Below the pieces are notes generated by a model. That model saw only the letters and a program-made list of their open reading frames with translations, had not been told where the DNA came from and made no database searches. The position numbers and the translations under genes were made by a program. A stretch of 64,000 nt of DNA from Oligoflexia bacterium (lineage in GTDB: Bacteria > Bdellovibrionota > UBA1018), in contig CAVWVI010000004.1 in NCBI GenBank assembly GCA_963758495.1, positions 192,001 through 256,000 on the forward strand. The letters run 5' to 3'. Shown piece after piece: positions 40,005 to 50,571 of this stretch. How positions within the stretch are numbered: the stretch's first letter is position 1; every line of letters starts with the position of its first letter.

Positions 40005-40823
40005 TTGTTGAAAACTTCCTATTGTTTCCTGATCACAGCATTTTTTCTTTTACAGGGCCCCCTTACGGAAGCTCACATCTTTCGTGTAGTTATTGATCCT
40101 GGCCATGGAGGCCCCGACGAAGGGACCGTCTACCGTCAGGGTCGATTTAAAATTGCTGAAAAAACAGTCACATTAAACCTAGCGCTTCAAGTAGCCTATC
40201 AACTGCGCGCTAAAGGAATCTTAGCCACCCTGACCAGAAATGAGGACCAAGAACTCTCCCTCCCTGCTCGCACCGCTCTTGCTAACCGACTGGGGGCAGA
40301 TGTATTTATTTCCATTCATATGAACTCGACTGGAGATGGCACCTCTCGTGATGCCGAAGGAATTGAAACCTATATTTTAAATCATGCCACGGATGCCTCT
40401 TCTCGAAGACTCGCGCATCTGGAAAATAGTGTCATCACATCCCATCTCCCAAATTCTCCCGCGCAGTTCGATGTCGCTCTCATTCTTAAGGATCTTCGCT
40501 TGGATGGAAATCTAGCGGAGAGCAAACGACTAGCTTGTAACGTTCAAAACAAACTAGTCTTATCCACTTCAAAAGTCCTACCAGGAGCGCATCGAAATCG
40601 CGGTATTAAACAAGCACTCTTTCATGTTTTGCTCGGTGCAGATATGCCGAGTATTCTTGTGGAAGCAGGTTTTCTCAGTAGTCCCCATGATCGGTCTTTA
40701 GTTCTCTCTCGACTCGGCCAAATCAACATCAGTCATGCAATTGCGGATGCGATTGCTCGATATAAGTATACTCGAGGTTCAACACAAGATCTTCGAATGT
40801 TGAATCGTTGTAAAATAAATTAA
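40005..40823 (+). CDS. N-acetylmuramoyl-L-alanine amidase (Amidase_3)
   Basis: IDPGHGG; FISIHMN; LVEAGFLS. Confidence 0.92.
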   Translation: MLKTSYCFLITAFFLLQGPLTEAHIFRVVIDPGHGGPDEGTVYRQGRFKIAEKTVTLNLALQVAYQLRAKGILATLTRNEDQELSLPARTALANRLGADVFISIHMNSTGDGTSRDAEGIETYILNHATDASSRRLAHLENSVITSHLPNSPAQFDVALILKDLRLDGNLAESKRLACNVQNKLVLSTSKVLPGAHRNRGIKQALFHVLLGADMPSILVEAGFLSSPHDRSLVLSRLGQINISHAIADAIARYKYTRGSTQDLRMLNRCKIN

Positions 40824-40925
40824 AATAATTCAATATTTTTAACCCTTTGCGGCTCATTAATTAAATCGATCATTTTACCGATAGCTAAAATAGGTAAAAC
40901 TGTATTTCATATTTCGGGGGAACCT

Positions 40926-42902
40926 TTGCTACGGTTGAGTTTACTTTCTCTATTTCTATTCAGTAGCCTAGCCTATGCCCAACCAACAGATGATCCCACA
41001 TCAAATAACTCTCCTACACATTCAATCAATATTAACTCAATAGACAATAGTGATTTTGTTATTGATATTCATGACCCAACCTATTCTATAAGTAGCTCCT
41101 CGCGCACTGAAGCAGACAAATTGTCATGTGGTTTAAAAAATCAAAATAATATTTTTGATATCTTTAAAAAGAAACAAAAAATAATCGTTGATATATTGAA
41201 ACAAGCATGTGGCCTGCAAGAGAGCGATAGAAGCCAGACTTCTGAGGAAACTACTGACACCGACAACTCTCTCTTTTCCTGCACTCGTGCAGATCTGGAA
41301 GCTGAATATTCAGACCTTGATCGTATGGAAAAAGGGCTTCCAAAAGTAGCAACCCCTCCAGTCCAAACTTCGAGTGCTAGCAAAATTGACCAACCATCTA
41401 CCACAGAAAACGTATCTCAGTCTAACCTGCAAACAAAGATGGCTGAGGCATTGGCTGGAGTTGAGTCGACGATGAAGGATATCTGTGAAGTACAAAGCAG
41501 CGGTTACATGAGGTGTTATAACGTCGCTCATATAGGTTACCGTGCTTTTCGAAGCTACTGGCCAATGGCGGCAGCAAACCCCCCAGCAGGTTTTTCACTC
41601 ATGGGATTTAATTTTTTGTTCGATGTCTTTTTAAGGGACAAAATGCATAAAAAAGCTCTTGAAGTTGTTTTTCGTCAAAACGCAGGAAAAGCTTCTCAAA
41701 TTATCTACATTTTATCCAAGGTAGTGAACTGCTACTGGGACCCGACGGGAGAGTTGAGCGGCGCCATTGCTTTAAAAGCAACAAAGTTATTGTTGAGATT
41801 GCTGCCGATGGATCAAATCAAAGGAGGAAAGCACATCCAGGGCTTTTTTGAGTTTTTAGCTTATCTCGTAGGGAAAGAAGCAGGACATACAACACGCTAT
41901 GCGATGGAACTTGCGAAGAAAGGAGGTTTTTATTCAAATTGGCAACAAACATCAGGCCAAGATCCCAACAAAGCATGCAATGGCTTAGAGAGTAACTGCA
42001 AACTTCCATTAAGTAAAATTGTGATGTTGCGATCTCATAATGCATATGCAAATCTACAAGATCAGAGAACGCCTGTTCATCCGTTAGGCTTTATCTACCC
42101 GAATCAAATATATGGTGTTGAAAAGCAATTTAAAGACTTTGGAATTCGTTCCTTTCAATTTGAAATCACGTCAGAACCACATTGGGAAGATGCGAACAAA
42201 CCGATGGCCCATGGAGATCCTGTTACGTTGTCCCATAATTTAATGTTAAACTATGGGAGTCTGGTAGATACTCTTTCGATAATCAAAAAACTTCTTGATG
42301 AAAACCCAAGAGAAGTGGTCAATATTTTTTTTGGATTACAAGATAAAAACAACACAGAATTTAAAATCGATGAGGCAATGAAAAAAAGCGGTTTAAACAA
42401 ATATATGCCCGTGGATGAAGGTGACTTTTATCTACCTTTAGAAAGTCTTATTAATAAAGGAGTCCGGCTTCTTGTCACGCCCGATACAGGAATTCCACTT
42501 TCCAGTGAAATCCCGGGTAGTTCAAATGCCGCACTGAATACTGTACAATATCACGCTCAGTTTCAGCCAGTTGAGCACGAGGGGATGGGTAGTTATGAAA
42601 CCATTTATATTAATCCCCTGATGCCTATGAGCTGTGATGCTTCTGAGAGGATACGAATGAAAGGAACGGACATGATTAATCCTCAAAATCGTAATGGCAT
42701 GCTTCTCAATCACATGAGTATTTTCGCGATACCTGAAATAGCTGAAAAAGTGAATCAATCCATACTCAAACACTACTCCCGTTGCAAGAATGAAACAGGG
42801 ATCTCTGGCGCTTTTATCAATGTGGATCATGTCCAAACAGTGCCAGTAGAAACATTCGAAGAGATTCAAAAGATGAATGGATGGATTCCTCCGAAACGAT
42901 AG
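40926..42902 (+). CDS. Secreted protein with C-terminal PI-PLC X-like phosphodiesterase domain
   Basis: Signal peptide; ACNG...C; RSHNAYA; NQ....EKQ...GIRSF; LDENPREVV; FINVDH. Confidence 0.7.
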   Translation: MLRLSLLSLFLFSSLAYAQPTDDPTSNNSPTHSININSIDNSDFVIDIHDPTYSISSSSRTEADKLSCGLKNQNNIFDIFKKKQKIIVDILKQACGLQESDRSQTSEETTDTDNSLFSCTRADLEAEYSDLDRMEKGLPKVATPPVQTSSASKIDQPSTTENVSQSNLQTKMAEALAGVESTMKDICEVQSSGYMRCYNVAHIGYRAFRSYWPMAAANPPAGFSLMGFNFLFDVFLRDKMHKKALEVVFRQNAGKASQIIYILSKVVNCYWDPTGELSGAIALKATKLLLRLLPMDQIKGGKHIQGFFEFLAYLVGKEAGHTTRYAMELAKKGGFYSNWQQTSGQDPNKACNGLESNCKLPLSKIVMLRSHNAYANLQDQRTPVHPLGFIYPNQIYGVEKQFKDFGIRSFQFEITSEPHWEDANKPMAHGDPVTLSHNLMLNYGSLVDTLSIIKKLLDENPREVVNIFFGLQDKNNTEFKIDEAMKKSGLNKYMPVDEGDFYLPLESLINKGVRLLVTPDTGIPLSSEIPGSSNAALNTVQYHAQFQPVEHEGMGSYETIYINPLMPMSCDASERIRMKGTDMINPQNRNGMLLNHMSIFAIPEIAEKVNQSILKHYSRCKNETGISGAFINVDHVQTVPVETFEEIQKMNGWIPPKR

Positions 42903-42961
42903 GCGTGAGTTTTAAAGTAAAATAATTCAATCTTTTAATGAAGAATACCGATTAAACAAAA

Positions 42962-43777
42962 GTGAAAACCAAGCACCCCATTACACTGAGTTATTTTATA
43001 GTATTATCCATCGTAGGAATAACCACTCTTTTCCTACCTCAAGTCAGCTATAGTCGAGACCTTGAAACAAATTGTACTTTTACTCGAGAATATATCACCA
43101 CTCTCGAATATCTACGCAAGCAAAGTATCTTGGCTATTCCAGAACCTGATGCTAGGAAAATCTCACTTCAAGTATCTCGAGGCTGTACGGGTGCCGCCCA
43201 AAGATTTATTAAAATTACAACGGCACTTCGAGGTGCGAATGTCGGAGCCATGGATTCAATTCGAACTGGAATTGAATTCGCTTCAAGAACCGATATAGAA
43301 ACCGAGACTTTTAATACTGTATTTCTTGTGGCTTATCTTGAAGAGTACTTAGATCTTGATCTCCGCTCCTCTTTAAAATTGGCGCGATCGCTTTCTACTG
43401 AGTTTCAGGGAGATATTTTAGGAGTCAGAGACGATTTTGAGACTTTGGTTCAATTTTGTGTGGGTACAAAAGAACTCAATTTACCTCGCGCTCAATGTGG
43501 CACGTTTGCAGCCCGAATTGCTCATTACGGGGAGAAATTTAGCGGAGGTGTCGCACCTTCTTTTATCGAGCTTTTTTCATTTTTATACTCTGAATCAGGA
43601 CCTCGACTCACCACCGGTCAAGCTCTAAAACTGGCAGAAACCTTGATTCATGGAGGTAAGGACTCCGCTGAAAATTTTATCCAAGCTTACAAATTCGGGG
43701 TTGCACCCTTGGGATTAGGAGACGACATCCCCACAGCTATCCACTTTGCCGAACAGATGGCATTTCCTTCGCGTTAA
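42962..43777 (+). CDS. Secreted helical-repeat hypothetical protein
   Basis: Signal peptide; two similar halves. Confidence 0.7.
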   Translation: MKTKHPITLSYFIVLSIVGITTLFLPQVSYSRDLETNCTFTREYITTLEYLRKQSILAIPEPDARKISLQVSRGCTGAAQRFIKITTALRGANVGAMDSIRTGIEFASRTDIETETFNTVFLVAYLEEYLDLDLRSSLKLARSLSTEFQGDILGVRDDFETLVQFCVGTKELNLPRAQCGTFAARIAHYGEKFSGGVAPSFIELFSFLYSESGPRLTTGQALKLAETLIHGGKDSAENFIQAYKFGVAPLGLGDDIPTAIHFAEQMAFPSR

Positions 43778-43797
43778 AACTTCCCTTAAAAACCCCC

Positions 43798-44673
43798 TTA
43801 AAATCTCAATGAAAGTGCCATTCCAGGAACTTCTTTTCCAGTCATAGGATCGTGGAAAAAAGTAACATTAGCAACAGGTGCAAAGATCCGCTTTTTATAA
43901 TCCATTTGTGACTCTGCAACATCATGCCAATGAAATCGAAAAATGAGCGGGAACAACGAAATCGCAGCTGAAGCAATTCCAAAACCTTGAGCTGTCGTAT
44001 TTGCACTCGAAGTCGTACTCGAGTTGGGGCAATTGACACAAGAATTACTATTACTGCCACTTTTCGCAATCATGTAGATGGATGTACCTAAGTTAGTCAC
44101 GACTGAAAGCCACTTCAATCGCTCACCCATCGCTGCAATACTTTTAATATCTTCTTCTGCTTCCCGTTCACGAGCCAGTTGTTCTCGAATCGTGCCTTTG
44201 GGCATCGGGCCTACATCATAACGATAGGCTGATCGGTAGGGCTCATAGGTAACAGATAAGACGCCTGTTAGAACCAGCCAACCCGCTCCTATTCCAATTC
44301 CTAAATGTCCAGCCGACGGATCTGAAGGATCAAATGCCGCCACGCCTGCCGCTAAAGTAGCTAATCCTGATAATTGAATCGGCAAAAAGTTTGTCCACTC
44401 TCTGTCTGCCTCTCTTTGTGCTTCCGATTGCAATCGGGCACTCGCGCGTGGAACTACCGAGAGTTCTGGGTAATCATACGAGTCATTATGCTCATTTGCA
44501 TGCTCATTTGAATGCTCTTCTGAATGCTGTACTAATTGCTGATCACTTTGCTGGTTTGAACCAGAAGCATAAACCTGACTCCATCCACTGATTCCTAAAG
44601 ATAGAATCAATCCCGTAATGGAAAGACAGACCTTTCTTATTATTTTCAGCACCACTGAGTTCCCCCTTGCCAA
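43798..44673 (-). CDS. Membrane/secreted hypothetical protein
   Basis: Signal peptide, hydrophobic segments, C-terminal LSLRF. Confidence 0.7.
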   Translation of the reverse strand: MARGNSVVLKIIRKVCLSITGLILSLGISGWSQVYASGSNQQSDQQLVQHSEEHSNEHANEHNDSYDYPELSVVPRASARLQSEAQREADREWTNFLPIQLSGLATLAAGVAAFDPSDPSAGHLGIGIGAGWLVLTGVLSVTYEPYRSAYRYDVGPMPKGTIREQLAREREAEEDIKSIAAMGERLKWLSVVTNLGTSIYMIAKSGSNSNSCVNCPNSSTTSSANTTAQGFGIASAAISLFPLIFRFHWHDVAESQMDYKKRIFAPVANVTFFHDPMTGKEVPGMALSLRF

Positions 44674-44706
44674 ATTTTACTAAGCCTCGTTTAATAAAAT
44701 CTAATC

Positions 44707-45765
44707 ATGACAACCCAGTTTATAAATTGCACGGAAAAAACAGACCAAAAAGATTTCAAAAAGCGAATCCGAATTGCGGCAATCGCATTCACCTTATTGA
44801 TCATTCCCACTGTCATACCCTCTGCCTGGGGAGGTAGCCAAGTCGGAACGTTGACTGAGGTTCAAGGGACCGTCAAAATTTTTTCACATCCTTCCAACAC
44901 GCTTCAACCCAAACAAGGCATCCCTCATGCTCTTTTTGAAGGAGAATATTTTCTAGTCGCCGATGCTCAAGTCGGATCTTTAGTTGAAAAGGGCAATATA
45001 GTAAGAACGGCACCTGGAGCCAAAGCTCACGTCATCTATCCCAATGGGGATCAAATTCACATTGGCTCTGGAACCGCTTATCGAATCCATTGGAACGAGG
45101 ATTCGGATCAAGCCAAAACTCAAGTCAATCTCATGTATGGAAAACTGAGAGGAATTATCGAAAAAGGAGGTCCCCGCAGTCACCTTCAAATTCGAACGAA
45201 AACCGCAGTTATGGGAGTACGCGGAACTGATTTTTTTATTGCCGGAGGGGGATCCGACGGAAGTACTGAAATTTCCGTAATTCGAGGATCGGTTGAAGTC
45301 ACTCCCAATACACTTCAAAAAAAGCCAAAACCTGTTGAGATCGCAACGGGCTATTCCGCAGATATCCATATAGATCGCGCATTTTCAACAAAGCCCACAT
45401 CAAAAGTCGACTTAAGAAAGACCACCCAAGAAGATTTAATGGGCATTCAAAAATCCTCCAAAGTTGAGCCGCCCAAAGTCCCGGTAAAGTTAGATATTGA
45501 AACCCAAAAAACTGTAGAAATATTACAAAAAAAGGCATCCGAGACTACTCTAAAAGATATTCAAAAGAGTGATAAAGAGCTTTATTCTGCTTTAGAAAAA
45601 CAGGGGAATCAACTTCTAAATCTAGACCAAGTGAATCAAGCATCTCTCCAAAACCTACTTAAGGTTGCTCCAAAAGCTCCTCCAAAACGTAAACCTTACA
45701 AAAGTGAACTAGAAGATATTGACGATGGGGCTTACGAAAGGTACTTCAAAAATTTCGGTAATTGA
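44707..45765 (+). CDS. FecR domain protein
   Basis: LMYGKLR; IRTKTAVMGVRGTDF; VIRGSVEV. Confidence 0.85.
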   Translation: MTTQFINCTEKTDQKDFKKRIRIAAIAFTLLIIPTVIPSAWGGSQVGTLTEVQGTVKIFSHPSNTLQPKQGIPHALFEGEYFLVADAQVGSLVEKGNIVRTAPGAKAHVIYPNGDQIHIGSGTAYRIHWNEDSDQAKTQVNLMYGKLRGIIEKGGPRSHLQIRTKTAVMGVRGTDFFIAGGGSDGSTEISVIRGSVEVTPNTLQKKPKPVEIATGYSADIHIDRAFSTKPTSKVDLRKTTQEDLMGIQKSSKVEPPKVPVKLDIETQKTVEILQKKASETTLKDIQKSDKELYSALEKQGNQLLNLDQVNQASLQNLLKVAPKAPPKRKPYKSELEDIDDGAYERYFKNFGN

Positions 45766-46708
45766 AAATTGGATTGAAGATTTTTTACAGTTTCAAAGAA
45801 TTGACCGAGGTGCGTCGGATCATACTATTGAAGCTTATCAAACAGACCTGCATCAATTCACCCAATGGGTTCAAAAAAATCACCCCCAAGCATCTCCGCA
45901 AGTATGGATTGAGGCACAATGGGTACAGTCCTTTTTAAATCATCTTCATACTCTAAATCAGAAATCTTCTTCATTGGCTCGAAAATCGAGCTGTCTGAAA
46001 CAGTTTTTCAAATTTTGCTGCCTTGAAAAGGGGTTAGAAAAAAATCCTACTGAGAATTTACACCATCCTATTCAGCCCAAACGCCTGCCCCGGTTTCTCT
46101 CCCTCGACCAAGTCAATCAATTATTGGACGCCGTGAACTTGGGACTTCCTTACGCTTCTATCCACAATGGCCAGAACGGCCAAAAAAGCCAAAAAGGCGA
46201 TTGCCTCAGAGCAAGAGATAAGGCGATGACTTATTTACTTTACGCAACCGGACTCAGAATTTCTGAACTTCTGTCGCTCACGGCTCATCAAATTGATCTT
46301 TCAATGAGCTATCTCAAAATCAAAGGAAAAGGGGACAAGGAAAGAATAACACCCTTTGCTCCTATTGCTGGGGAAGCAGTGAGAGTCTACATGGAAGACT
46401 ACAGACCTCTACTTAAACCGGTGTCTGATCTTATTTTCCTTAATCATCATGGTTTAGGACTGTCACGGCAAGCATTCTGGAAAACTCTCAAGTCCCTAGC
46501 TCTTCTTGCTGAAATTCCAGATACCCTCTCCCCTCATGTCCTTCGTCATTCATTTGCAACTCATTTACTTCAATCTGGAATGAACTTACGCTCATTACAA
46601 ATGCTTTTAGGGCACTCTGATCTTTCCACAACCCAGATTTACACCCATATTACGCCGGAGGCTCTGAAGATGGCTCACAAAAGGTATCATCCACGGGGAG
46701 AGGACTGA
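45719..46708 (+). CDS. xerD: Tyrosine recombinase XerD
   Basis: LYATGLRISEL; GKGDKER; SPHVLRHSFATHLL; LGHSDLSTTQIYTH; YHPR; start uncertain. Confidence 0.9.
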   Translation: MTMGLTKGTSKISVIENWIEDFLQFQRIDRGASDHTIEAYQTDLHQFTQWVQKNHPQASPQVWIEAQWVQSFLNHLHTLNQKSSSLARKSSCLKQFFKFCCLEKGLEKNPTENLHHPIQPKRLPRFLSLDQVNQLLDAVNLGLPYASIHNGQNGQKSQKGDCLRARDKAMTYLLYATGLRISELLSLTAHQIDLSMSYLKIKGKGDKERITPFAPIAGEAVRVYMEDYRPLLKPVSDLIFLNHHGLGLSRQAFWKTLKSLALLAEIPDTLSPHVLRHSFATHLLQSGMNLRSLQMLLGHSDLSTTQIYTHITPEALKMAHKRYHPRGED

Positions 46709-46791
46709 GGGTAGATAGGGATAGGGGCGCAATATCCGCATTCTCAAATAGAATTGTGCTCATAACTGTCCCCAAAACCATGCTATGACCT

Positions 46792-47493
46792 GTGGTCATG
46801 GGATCATACGCCGAACGTATTCAAATGGTATCTATTCAGCTTGTGCCTTTTATCTTAGCAGTCGTCTTTCATGAGTTTGCTCATGGCTTTATTGCCTATC
46901 GATGGGGAGACCACACCGCTAAAGACCAAGGACGACTGACGTTAAACCCCATCCCCCATCTCGATCCGATAGGAACCGTATTGTTCCCCTTAATTAATAT
47001 GGTGAGCGGAGTGCACTTTCTTTTCGGGTGGGCTAAACCGGTTCCTATTAATCCAAACCGGTTTAAAAAATATAGACATGGACTCTTTTGGGTATCTATT
47101 GCCGGCCCCCTCATGAACTTCATTCTAGCATTGATCTCAACTGTGCTTGTATTCGCTATTTTGACCTGGGTACCTAACACCTTTTACCTCTATGAGCCTC
47201 TCATCAAAATGGCTACGATTTCAGTCTCTCTGAATTACACATTGGGTATTTTTAATTTAATCCCACTTCCTCCCCTAGACGGAAGTAAAATCATTCAAGC
47301 ATTTATGCCCTTTGAAATGGCCAGAAAATACGAATCGATCGCTCGATATAGTTTTTTAATTTTAATTGGGCTTTTTATCATGCCTTCGGTGATTCAAACA
47401 CGCGCTATGGCGATTTTAAGTTTTCCAATTCATTTTTTTACAGAGTCAACGATTCTAGTGGTAGGTCATTTATTTGGAGTAGAAGGTTTTTAG
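46792..47493 (+). CDS. Site-2 protease (M50 family)
   Basis: HEFAH; NLIPLPPLDG. Confidence 0.93.
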   Translation: MVMGSYAERIQMVSIQLVPFILAVVFHEFAHGFIAYRWGDHTAKDQGRLTLNPIPHLDPIGTVLFPLINMVSGVHFLFGWAKPVPINPNRFKKYRHGLFWVSIAGPLMNFILALISTVLVFAILTWVPNTFYLYEPLIKMATISVSLNYTLGIFNLIPLPPLDGSKIIQAFMPFEMARKYESIARYSFLILIGLFIMPSVIQTRAMAILSFPIHFFTESTILVVGHLFGVEGF

Positions 47494-47494
47494 T

Positions 47495-48505
47495 ATGAGC
47501 ACGGAAATACAAAAAAAAGTAATGCTTTCAGCCATCCAACCGTCAAATCAACTGACCCTTGGAAATTATCTGGGAGCCGTAAAAAATTGGGTAAAACTTC
47601 AAGAACAGTATGACTGTATCTTTTTTGCGGTGGATCTTCATACAATCACGGTTCGGCAAAGCCCACAGGAGTTACGTGAGCAAACCTATCGTGTTCTAGC
47701 AACTTATATCGCTGCTGGGATTGACCCGGAAAGAGCTACACTCTTTGTCCAATCCCACGTTTCGGAACATGCCGAATTGGCTTGGATTCTCAATTGCTAT
47801 ACATACATGGGTGAACTCAGTAGGATGACTCAGTTTAAAGACAAAAGCACGAAAGAGAAAAACGTGTCTGTGGGCCTTTTCTCTTACCCTACGCTTATGG
47901 CAGCAGATATTTTACTCTATGGTACCCATCTCGTTCCGGTCGGAGAAGACCAAAAACAGCATGTCGAGATCGCGCGTGATATCGCAATACGAATGAATCA
48001 TATTTATGGAGAAGATTTATTTAGAATCCCTGAACATTACATTCCTGCTGTAGGGGCAAGAATTATGAGTTTACAGAACCCAACTGCTAAAATGTCCAAG
48101 TCGGATCCTGACCCAGGAAGCGCAGTCTATTTGAACGATAGCGATGATCAGATTCTAAAGAAAATTAAGCGGGCCGTAACAGATTCTGGCACTGAAATTA
48201 CTTATGAGACCGATAAGCCAGGGATTAAAAATCTCATTGATATCCAAGCTGCGATTTTAAATAAGACACCCGGCGAGATTGTAGCCGCTTATGCAGGTAA
48301 ACAATACGGCCACCTTAAAGTAGATACAGCTGAAATAGTCGCAAAGACTATTGGCGTCATTCGAGATCGAACTGAAGAACTTGTTGCTGACAAGGCTTAT
48401 TTAGATTCCGTTCTAAGAATAGGGGCAGAGAGAGCACGAAAAATCGCTCAAAAAACTTTACGGACAGTCTACGATAAGATTGGCTTTGTTCAAGGTCGCT
48501 ATTAA
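47495..48505 (+). CDS. trpS: Tryptophan--tRNA ligase
   Basis: TLGNYLG; VPVGEDQKQH; KMSKS. Confidence 0.97.
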   Translation: MSTEIQKKVMLSAIQPSNQLTLGNYLGAVKNWVKLQEQYDCIFFAVDLHTITVRQSPQELREQTYRVLATYIAAGIDPERATLFVQSHVSEHAELAWILNCYTYMGELSRMTQFKDKSTKEKNVSVGLFSYPTLMAADILLYGTHLVPVGEDQKQHVEIARDIAIRMNHIYGEDLFRIPEHYIPAVGARIMSLQNPTAKMSKSDPDPGSAVYLNDSDDQILKKIKRAVTDSGTEITYETDKPGIKNLIDIQAAILNKTPGEIVAAYAGKQYGHLKVDTAEIVAKTIGVIRDRTEELVADKAYLDSVLRIGAERARKIAQKTLRTVYDKIGFVQGRY

Positions 48506-48567
48506 GCTATTGAATTAAGTACTCAACTCAGTGCTCAAGTAGGATTCAACCCTGAAAGGATTGAAAT

Positions 48568-49389
48568 TTGTCTAATCGAGTTCCTATTACTGTTCGCTTA
48601 GAAAGCTTTGAAGGGCCTTTGGATCTACTGCTTTTTTTGATTCAAAGCCACGAACTGGATATCTCAAAGGTATCGATTGGGAAGATTACGGATCAATACC
48701 TCACCTATGTTCGCTTGATGCAGGAGCTTAATTTTGACGCAGCAAGTGAATTTCTCGTCATGGCTGCCACTCTCCTTCACTGGAAAAGTCGATCCCTCAT
48801 CCCTCAGGACGAAAAAATAGGTGCGCCAGGAGATCTCGAGGGGGCTGGCCTTTTTTCTCAAGAAGATCTGGTGAGACAACTTTTAGAGCATCAACGATTT
48901 CTTGAAGCAGGGAAGAATCTATCTCAACGCCCCCTCCTCGGCGAAGATGTTTTCACCCGAGCTGCGAGCAAACCACCGATTGAGCGAATTTGGCGTGAAA
49001 TGAATGTCACAGATCTTACAATGGCTTACCAAGAAATGCTCATTCGCGCCCGCAAAAGAACCCATGTTTTACAAAAGGAAACTGTCTCCATTAATGATAA
49101 GATTATGGAACTTGCGGATCGACTTCCCCTGGGAAAATTGGTTGAACTGAGAACGCTTCTCTCGATCACTCCTTCACGCCCTGAGATCGTGGCCACTTTT
49201 TTATCGACTCTCGAGTTATCCAGACTTAAAAAAATGAAAGTATACCAAGAGGAAGTGTATGCTTCCATTTACTTAGAGCTTCTTGAAAGCCTACAGGATT
49301 TTGACTCTAATCTTGCATCAGGGTTTAATTATATTAACCTGCCTCATCAAGGCTCAGCAGAACCAGGAGTTTATGCACAACAAGGATAA
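48568..49389 (+). CDS. scpA: Segregation/condensation protein A
   Basis: FEGPLDLLL; EFLVMAATL. Confidence 0.93.
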   Translation: MSNRVPITVRLESFEGPLDLLLFLIQSHELDISKVSIGKITDQYLTYVRLMQELNFDAASEFLVMAATLLHWKSRSLIPQDEKIGAPGDLEGAGLFSQEDLVRQLLEHQRFLEAGKNLSQRPLLGEDVFTRAASKPPIERIWREMNVTDLTMAYQEMLIRARKRTHVLQKETVSINDKIMELADRLPLGKLVELRTLLSITPSRPEIVATFLSTLELSRLKKMKVYQEEVYASIYLELLESLQDFDSNLASGFNYINLPHQGSAEPGVYAQQG

Positions 49390-50518
49390 AAAATCAGACG
49401 ATCTGATTACATTAATCGAAGACCCCTATGGCTTAAATACTGCCGAAATTTCTGAAATTCAGAATAGTACGGAAGAACTCATCTTAGACCAAGACATGGA
49501 AGATTCCGAGCAGCCCTCTGAATCACTCGATGATCAATTCAATAAACTGGCTCAAGCTATCAGTTCTTTAGAAGAGCCGCCTGTTGAATCCGAAAGCAAC
49601 CCTGAAGCTGAACTTGCTGCACAGATTCAAGAAGATCAAGCCTTAGCTCAAGAAATTCTGCAAGAAGAGCGACAAGAAGAGCAGGAAGAATCCCTGGAGG
49701 CGAATGTTACCCCTATCGAACCTCTCACTCTCACCGAGATTCAATCCTGCGCGGAAGCTCTCCTTTTTATTTCAGATAAACCGGTCTCAGTAGAGAAATT
49801 GCGTGAACATTTGGAGCCCAGCACAGCCCTTGCTTTCTTCCAAGAAGCCATGTCACTCCTTCGAGAACGCTACCAATCACCACACCACGGTATCGAGCTT
49901 GTTGAAGTAGCAGGAGGTTATCAATTTCGAACTAAACCCGAGCGTGCCTCTCTTGCCAAAAAATTAGTCAAGATTCAAACCCAGAGACTCTCGAGTGGAG
50001 CCATGGAAACTCTCGCTATTATTGCCTACAAGCAACCCGTGATGAAAGAAGAAATTGATAAAATTCGAGGTGTAGATTCCTCCTATTTTGTTCGCGGCTT
50101 ATTAGATAAAAAACTGATCGAAATTTCAGGACGCTCAGAACTTCCTGGACGTCCCATACTCTATTCGACCACCCGAGAGTTCTTAGAAATATTTGGCCTT
50201 AAGGACCTCTCCTCTCTCCCCTCATTACGCGAATTAGAGCAAATGATTCCCGGCTCACAAACTCAAAACCCAGAAGATGAAGATCCACGGGTTCGGGAAA
50301 TGCGCCGACTCGTGGGAGAAATGAAAGCCGATAGAACATCGGCACTCCATTACAACCCAAAGGAAGATGACAAAATTCTCAAGGAAATTAAGGAAAAGAT
50401 TACGGCTATCCCTACCTCCACTCCTTATTTAGAGGATATGAAAGCAGCCGAAATCCTAGCTCAAAAAGCTGCAGAAAACCCAGAACAACCTGAGGAGCCT
50501 ACGAACTCTTCCACATAA
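49373..50518 (+). CDS. scpB: Segregation/condensation protein B with acidic N-terminal extension
   Basis: VAGGYQFRT; ETLAIIAYKQP; IRGVDS; PGRP; RBS AGGAG. Confidence 0.92.
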   Translation: MHNKDKKSDDLITLIEDPYGLNTAEISEIQNSTEELILDQDMEDSEQPSESLDDQFNKLAQAISSLEEPPVESESNPEAELAAQIQEDQALAQEILQEERQEEQEESLEANVTPIEPLTLTEIQSCAEALLFISDKPVSVEKLREHLEPSTALAFFQEAMSLLRERYQSPHHGIELVEVAGGYQFRTKPERASLAKKLVKIQTQRLSSGAMETLAIIAYKQPVMKEEIDKIRGVDSSYFVRGLLDKKLIEISGRSELPGRPILYSTTREFLEIFGLKDLSSLPSLRELEQMIPGSQTQNPEDEDPRVREMRRLVGEMKADRTSALHYNPKEDDKILKEIKEKITAIPTSTPYLEDMKAAEILAQKAAENPEQPEEPTNSST

Positions 50519-50571
50519 ACAGTTCCTTATAAACTGTGTTATTTTACGAAAGCCGTGATAAAGGTGATCGT

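Noticed and set aside
45719..46708. Tyrosine recombinase as an island integrase
   Set aside because: XerD-type motifs and position in the conserved S2P-trpS-scpAB-rluB block indicate a housekeeping gene
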